From: Eledone cirrhosa
Lineage: Eukaryota
Length of the DNA stretch: 64,000 nt
Direction of reading: 5' to 3'
Assembly (NCBI GenBank): GCA_964016885.1
Contig: OZ024742.1
Location: 320,478,001 to 320,542,000 of the forward strand
In this document: positions 55,575-64,000 of the stretch, one piece after another
Layout of the letters: each line of letters opens with the position of its first letter
How positions within the stretch are numbered: the stretch's first letter is position 1
Notes under the pieces: generated by a model
Databases searched by the model: none
What the model saw: only the letters and a program-made list of their open reading frames with translations
Told to the model about the DNA's origin: nothing
Position numbers and translations under genes: made by a program

Positions 55575-57314
55575 TTAATTAGGTTTATAATATTTAAATG
55601 TTTTTTTTAGTTTATGATTACACGATATAATTAATTCCTGTCGTTTATTTAATAAGTTATCCTTAGATTTCATTATTTCAAATAGTTCTTGGGAACATAA
55701 TCTACATTCATTTCTATTATTTTGATAAGGGGTGGCTCTTTTGAGCACACTCCAGGTCAAATCATATTCTATATTCTTATTTTTATAACTATTGATTTTT
55801 TCTGCTAGAGATGTTGTATTAGCCAGTGCTGCATTTTTAAAACTATGCTTGTGGGTATTAAACCTTGTCTTAAAATTGTTAGAGGTAGCTCCTATATATG
55901 AGCAAATAGAATCTTTAGTTTTAACATTACATTTATAGACTATGTTGTTAACAAGACAATTCCCTTTTAATGGGCAGTTTGCTTTGTTTCTACAGTTACA
56001 TCCTTTCGTTAATTCTGTATTTGAGGAGATATTATGGTTAATTTGATGTACTGGTGGTATACTTATGGTTTTCTTACATTTATATGCATTATAGGCACTT
56101 ATATTTTGTTTTATGTTATTTGTTGTAGAGTATGAGAATTTAACTGTAGACCTATTTAAGATTTGATGGTATTTGTGGTTTGGCGGGAAGTTTTTCTCTA
56201 GGATATAAAAAAATTTTTTAGCAATATTATCCTTAACTTGTAAATTAAATGGAGCATTATACCAAGTAACCCGTCTATTACGGTTTCTATGTTGTTTATT
56301 ATTTTTATTATTTTTATAGGTTGTATCGTGATTTTTACTAGGAGGATTAATGTTAATGATCTCACCACAACCATTTTTAGTTATATTTGTAGATTTAGGT
56401 GTTTTATCCTTTTTATTAGGAGTTTTATTATTAATATTTATTAGAGTTGTATGATGAGTAGTTTTTTGAGAGTTACTATACTTTATATTAGAAGATTTGG
56501 TATTTTGGGGTATAGTGTGGGTGGCATTTAGGTGTGTACTTTTCATTTTGTGTTTGTTGGTAATATTAGGTTGTATGCTTTCAGTATTTTTAGTAGAAGG
56601 TATATATTCTAATCTATTTTTGTGGCCACTTCTATCTAGAGCTTCGTTATAGAAGGTCGCATTTTTATCAAATACATCTTGGTTAGAAGAAAGGTTAGAA
56701 ATTCTAAGTGATATATTATATGCAAGGTTTTTAAGGATAGATTTAGGGTGATTAGATTGTGAGTGTATGTAATGTAAGTTTTGGTTAGGTTTATGGTAAG
56801 GTTGGTAGATACCCGTAGCTAAATCTAAAGTTATATCTAGGAAATTTACTACTTTACTTGTTTTTTCAAAAGTAATATTAAGATTATAATAGTCTTTAAG
56901 GAAAGTTCTAATATGTTTTTTGTTTTTTTCAATTTCTGAAAGGCTAAGGTTGTTAGAAAGAAGAAGACAGTCATCACGATATAAACCACCTTTGAGGTGG
57001 GGAAAAGAGGCATTTATGTTGAAAAGGAGAAAGAGGCCCACAAGATCAGTAATTTGGGCGGAATCGCTTGAACCCATAGTAATATCAAATAGATTACTAT
57101 ATGTGTTTCTGGTCCAGTATTCATTCTGAAATTCAATAAGTGTTAGTCTAGCATGTGTAATAATATTAATGTCATCCAAAGTTAAGTTAGATCTATTTTT
57201 AGCAAATATCAATGCTTTGTTCAGGAGTATAGGTGATATAGAAGAATAGTAATTATCTATATCAAATTGTAGAAATGAAGCAGAAGATTTACACCTAATA
57301 TTTTTAAACTGCAT
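55575..57314 (-). CDS. PLE reverse transcriptase (N-terminally truncated) plus GIY-YIG endonuclease
   Basis: FLQFDIDNYYSSI, FDITMGSSDSAQ, GLYRDD, VNFLDITLDL, SNHP, a CNCRNKANCPLKGNC (CxCx5C) linker, and IVYKC...YIGATSNNFKTRFNTH GIY-YIG motifs. The ATG lies inside the inverted pLTR. Confidence 0.9.
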   Translation of the reverse strand: MQFKNIRCKSSASFLQFDIDNYYSSISPILLNKALIFAKNRSNLTLDDINIITHARLTLIEFQNEYWTRNTYSNLFDITMGSSDSAQITDLVGLFLLFNINASFPHLKGGLYRDDCLLLSNNLSLSEIEKNKKHIRTFLKDYYNLNITFEKTSKVVNFLDITLDLATGIYQPYHKPNQNLHYIHSQSNHPKSILKNLAYNISLRISNLSSNQDVFDKNATFYNEALDRSGHKNRLEYIPSTKNTESIQPNITNKHKMKSTHLNATHTIPQNTKSSNIKYSNSQKTTHHTTLININNKTPNKKDKTPKSTNITKNGCGEIININPPSKNHDTTYKNNKNNKQHRNRNRRVTWYNAPFNLQVKDNIAKKFFYILEKNFPPNHKYHQILNRSTVKFSYSTTNNIKQNISAYNAYKCKKTISIPPVHQINHNISSNTELTKGCNCRNKANCPLKGNCLVNNIVYKCNVKTKDSICSYIGATSNNFKTRFNTHKHSFKNAALANTTSLAEKINSYKNKNIEYDLTWSVLKRATPYQNNRNECRLCSQELFEIMKSKDNLLNKRQELIISCNHKLKKTFKYYKPN

Positions 57315-57398
57315 TTAAACTTTTTGTGTTTTCATTGGTCAATTTTGTTCCCAAACGGACCTGAAATTTTGAATTGTTGTTATTATCAATAAATATAC

Positions 57399-57552
57399 TT
57401 CATTATTTCTGAAGACGGCGTATATATGTGTTGGTATGTATATTTAATCTTGATAGTTTGTATAATTTTGTATAATTTTGTACATAGATCTGTTGAATAT
57501 GCATGCCAATTCTAACACATATATATCCTAGAAACGATCGTTAAATAATGAA
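57399..57552 (+). ncRNA. Type I hammerhead ribozyme, inverted pLTR copy of PLE1 (sense to ABCD3 pre-mRNA)
   Basis: ttcattattt 57399-57408, CTGAAGA 57409-57415, GAAAC 57531-57535, GTT 57540-57542, aaataatgaa 57543-57552. Confidence 0.8.
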
Positions 57553-57748
57553 CTTTTTTTGTTTAATATAAGGAACTGTCTCATTGTTTATTCATTATTT
57601 GTTTAATATTTTATCTTGACTCTGTATACCGTTTATCTTTCACCGAAAGTGATTTTTCATTACATCTCTTCTTTCCATGATATCCGGAATACATTGAGTT
57701 CTTCATACGGATTGGACACTACCGTAAACTCTTGGTAGATTTATCTAC

Positions 57749-59892
<2,144 letters not shown>

Positions 59893-60138
59893 ATTGTTAT
59901 ATTTGGGGAGGGTCATATTTGCGTAATATTGCCAGAATTAATAACAGAACACACTCACTGTTTGGTTGGTTTTCGCTTCTCGCTGTCTTTTATATATATA
60001 TATCTGCGATCTAACTTACTCGGTCCTCAATGTTGCCATTGACTGACCGGTGGTCAAAAATAATACAGATACAATATAGACAAACACATATATATATAGT
60101 TTACATAAATCTTTCGTTGCACATCTGCAACATCGTCA

Positions 60139-62868
60139 GTGGTGTTATATTCATTGTTATATTCATTGTATATTCATTGTTACAACGGTAACAATACGAA
60201 CAACAACAACAACAATAACCACAGTGGTAATAATGGAAATAGTACATGTAGCAACATCAACAAAAACAAGAAACATAATAATAGTAACAACCACAATGGT
60301 AGAAATAGCAGTAACAACAACAACAATAACGGTGAAGTAAACAACAATACATCTAGCAATCATAACAATAATAATATTAATGCTAAGGATAGAAACAACA
60401 ACAACCACCATGATAACAATAATAGCAACACACACAACTATGACGATAGAAATAACGACAACCCCTTAGAGAAACTATTTTTCAACCCAGCTGACAAAAC
60501 ATATAAGATGGGTAATATCTACCCTACGAGGTTACCCTTTAATAAAAGAGTTTGCATACCACAACAAATAGATGACGAGACGGAGGCACAGTTCACCATA
60601 GCTAGAAATAAGATTAGACAAGTAGTAGACAGGTACACTATGAGACAGAGCAGACCAGAGGCCCAACAACTTGGGATAAAACCTGTAGAAGGCTTGGTTA
60701 GCCTCAAGCAGCGCACAAGGGATGGTGAGGTAGTGTGTCTACCCACAGATAAGTCTGGTAGGATGTCAATAGATAGCATGCCGAACTACATCGAGGCAAT
60801 GCAACCCCACATCACCAACACGAGCGAAGTTGCACAACTAACACACGATGGGAGAGAAAAAATCCTCAACGCTCACATGATGATGTGGACTGACATCCTA
60901 AAGCCAAGCAGACGCACTGCCAACAACTTCCAGGCGTCTAACAATGGCATACCACCCTTGTATGGGCTCCGCAAAGACCACAAGACAGTCGACGACCCGA
61001 CAATAGGACCACCAACAAGACCTGTATGCGGAGCTAATATAGCTAGCAACTACAGGATCTCCTACTTCCTCTCAATGGTTATACGCCCCATAATCAAGAT
61101 GTCCCCAGATGTATGTGAAAGTACAGAGGACCTCCTCAGCAGAATCAGTGAGTGCAACAAAAACAGGAGCCTATCCAACTGCATAATAGGCAGCATGGAT
61201 GTGGTGTCACTGTACCCATCCATTAACATTGATTTTGCTGTGAAAAGATGTGTGGAGATGATCATTGAGAGTGAGGTGGAGTTCTGCGACGTCGACACAG
61301 ACGAACTGGGCCTCCTACTTAGACTTACCTACGACACTGACTACCTAGACAGCCATGACCTTAGATGTTTCTGCCCTAGTAGACCTATAAGAGGTAGACC
61401 CCCCACCATAACCTCAATGGCTAAAAAGACTCCCATAGGAAGGTGGATTGGGTGGACCAAAGCTATACGGACCCCCCAAAACACTGATCAGGTAAGAAAA
61501 ATGGTCGCACATGCAATAGGGGCTAGTATCAAAACTACCCTAAAGGGCCACATATTTAAGTTCAATGAGAAAATCTACACCCAAAATGAGGGAGCAGCCA
61601 TCGGCGTCAGCATAGCTGGCGATGTTGCCAACCTTTTCATGGTATGGTGGGAAAGGAGACTTAAAGATCTCCTTAATGAAAGCTCCATAGACCTCATCAT
61701 GTACTCTCGTTATGTAGACGATATCAATATAGTTATAAGAACACCCCCACTAGAGAGCACTAACAAGTTTGATTTAGAACGTAGCACGATGGAAAGCATC
61801 CAGCAGATAGCTAATTCCATACACCAGAGTATAACTGTAACTATAGACTTCCCTTCCAAACACCCTAACAATAGACTACCTGTATTAGACACAGAACTCT
61901 GGATCAACACTATAGACGAGAGAGCCCAAATTCTCCACTCACACTATGCTAAACCCATGGCCTCCAAATACCTGATACTCAAAAACTCAGCAATGTCCAG
62001 TAGTGCTAAGTTTAATATTCTGATCGCAGATTTGGTACGAGTGATGAAGAATGTGTCCAGCATGTGCGACCCAACAGAAATGGAAGGACACATCCAACAC
62101 TTCATCAACCGCATGCAGTTCTCTGGCTACAACCAAAGAGACAGAGTCAGAGTATACGAAGGAGCCATGGAAAAGTATAAGACCCTCATAGAACTGGACA
62201 TGAAAGGAATTTGCCCACTATACAGGAGCAAATCATGGAATAGCTTAGATAGGGCTAGACATAAGATAGGGAAGGCCACATCATGGTACGACAACCAGAG
62301 ATATCAGAGTGTCATGTTTGTGGACGCCACCCCTGGAGGGAAATTAGCTAACCAGTGTAGAAAGGCCCTGAGAAAGACCCACTTAAAAATAAAGGTGGTA
62401 GAAAAGCCAGGAACCACCATAAAATCCCTGATCAGCAAAACCTACCCTTTTAAGAAAACCCACTGTACCAATAGGAAATGTATCATATGTAAGGTGAACC
62501 CCCGGATAAACTGTAAAACTAGAAACGTAGTCTATAGCATAAGATGTACAGAGGGTACTTGCAGAAACACGACAACAACATACATAGGTGAGACAGCTCG
62601 TAGCATAGGTGAAAGGATAGACCAACACTGGGGGGAACTAAAAGGACGAAAAAACGGGTCAGTACTATACGAACATGCTAGACAACATCATGACGGTAAC
62701 ATAGACAACATAGAAATTAGAATAATATCTAAACATAGGAATGACCCAGCAGATAGGCAAATCAGAGAGGCCAGTGAAATAGAAATTAGAAGACCAAAGC
62801 TAAACAGAAAGAATGAGTGGAACAACAACAACACCCAAACAAACAACACTGACCTAAGAGAAGTATAA
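60139..62868 (+). CDS. PLE reverse transcriptase plus GIY-YIG endonuclease (uninterrupted ORF; true start probably lost, first in-frame ATG at 60508)
   Basis: TDKSG, LYGLRKDHK, PTRPVC, SMDVVSLYPSI, QNEGAAIG, RYVDD, LPVLD, a CTNRKCIIC linker, NVVYSIRC...YIGETARSIGERIDQH, HARQHH, RQIREA. Asn-rich N-terminal region. Confidence 0.93.
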   Translation: MVLYSLLYSLYIHCYNGNNTNNNNNNNHSGNNGNSTCSNINKNKKHNNSNNHNGRNSSNNNNNNGEVNNNTSSNHNNNNINAKDRNNNNHHDNNNSNTHNYDDRNNDNPLEKLFFNPADKTYKMGNIYPTRLPFNKRVCIPQQIDDETEAQFTIARNKIRQVVDRYTMRQSRPEAQQLGIKPVEGLVSLKQRTRDGEVVCLPTDKSGRMSIDSMPNYIEAMQPHITNTSEVAQLTHDGREKILNAHMMMWTDILKPSRRTANNFQASNNGIPPLYGLRKDHKTVDDPTIGPPTRPVCGANIASNYRISYFLSMVIRPIIKMSPDVCESTEDLLSRISECNKNRSLSNCIIGSMDVVSLYPSINIDFAVKRCVEMIIESEVEFCDVDTDELGLLLRLTYDTDYLDSHDLRCFCPSRPIRGRPPTITSMAKKTPIGRWIGWTKAIRTPQNTDQVRKMVAHAIGASIKTTLKGHIFKFNEKIYTQNEGAAIGVSIAGDVANLFMVWWERRLKDLLNESSIDLIMYSRYVDDINIVIRTPPLESTNKFDLERSTMESIQQIANSIHQSITVTIDFPSKHPNNRLPVLDTELWINTIDERAQILHSHYAKPMASKYLILKNSAMSSSAKFNILIADLVRVMKNVSSMCDPTEMEGHIQHFINRMQFSGYNQRDRVRVYEGAMEKYKTLIELDMKGICPLYRSKSWNSLDRARHKIGKATSWYDNQRYQSVMFVDATPGGKLANQCRKALRKTHLKIKVVEKPGTTIKSLISKTYPFKKTHCTNRKCIICKVNPRINCKTRNVVYSIRCTEGTCRNTTTTYIGETARSIGERIDQHWGELKGRKNGSVLYEHARQHHDGNIDNIEIRIISKHRNDPADRQIREASEIEIRRPKLNRKNEWNNNNTQTNNTDLREV

Positions 62869-63143
62869 ATAAATAAGTAAACTAAATTAAATAAAATAAG
62901 ATAAATAAATACATACACAAGCACATAAACACACACTAGTCACCCAGCAGACACAACACTATACACACTAGTCACACATCACACATAACACTATACACAC
63001 ACGCAAACGCATGCGCAAAGAAGACAAAATAAAATAAGATAAACAAACAAGCAAATAAATAAATAAATATATAGACAGACTGAACAAAAAAAAAAAAATG
63101 GCGTAGACATACAACACAACAGGAGGAACAATGAATATAACAC

Positions 63144-63181
63144 CACTGACGATGTTGCAGATGTGCAACGAAAGATTTATG
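63144..63181 (+). ncRNA. Minimal/degenerate hammerhead motif in the PLE2 3' pLTR (inverted copy at about 60104-60141, minus strand)
   Basis: CTGACGA-T-GTTGCA-gatg-TGCAAC-GAAA-GATTT-A. 6-bp stem II is perfect; stems I and III are very short. Confidence 0.5.
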
Positions 63182-63392
63182 TAAACTATATATATATGTG
63201 TTTGTCTATATTGTATCTGTATTATTTTTGACCACCGGTCAGTCAATGGCAACATTGAGGACCGAGTAAGTTAGATCGCAGATATATATATATAAAAGAC
63301 AGCGAGAAGCGAAAACCAACCAAACAGTGAGTGTGTTCTGTTATTAATTCTGGCAATATTACGCAAATATGACCCTCCCCAAATATAACAAT

Positions 63393-63926
<534 letters not shown>

Positions 63927-64000
63927 CAGGTCACCAGTTGGTGCTACTGGTAACATGTATCCCAGTACAACCTGTCTCATGGTCGGGTCGTTGGCGACTA

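Larger units (their letters stand above)
59893..63392 (+). mobile_element. Penelope-like retroelement 2 (Neptune/Nematis-type), with inverted pseudo-LTRs
   Basis: RT + GIY-YIG ORF. 266-bp apparently perfect inverted repeat 59893-60158 / 63127-63392. Hammerhead-like core in the repeat, flanked by irregular TA arrays. Confidence 0.92.

Noticed and set aside
60139-60200. GTG start and MVLYSLLYSLYIHC signal-like N-terminus of the 909-aa ORF
   Set aside because: It is encoded by the inverted pLTR and junction stutter, so it is not the native N-terminus.

Overview
AT-rich eukaryotic genomic DNA. The SINE, LINE and microsatellite content resembles octopus/cephalopod DNA (inference). The window holds the 5' part of one protein-coding gene on the + strand, the peroxisomal ABC half-transporter ABCD3/PMP70, with 7 coding exons I could splice by hand (4666-50006) and the rest lying beyond the window. 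Intron 2 contains a ~25.2 kb array of a 44-bp satellite (~570 units) that expanded inside the 3' coding end of a decayed RTE-type LINE, which resumes in register after the array. Intron 7 contains two young, unrelated Penelope-like retroelements (RT + GIY-YIG), head-to-head. Each is 5'-truncated and bounded by near-perfect inverted pseudo-LTRs carrying hammerhead ribozyme motifs, one with an unusually long (~115 nt) stem II. Both sit in irregular (TA)nG arrays. Around the second element the irregular spacing pattern is mirror-symmetric, which suggests the element copies its own microsatellite tails. Terminal fragments of both families recur just upstream of the ABCD3 start codon. The rest is decayed RTE, CR1 and Hero LINE fragments, a Tc1/mariner remnant, TTAA MITEs and tRNA-derived SINEs. 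Most short ORFs in the track, and all the Y/I/C/V/M-repeat ORFs, are artefacts of microsatellites.
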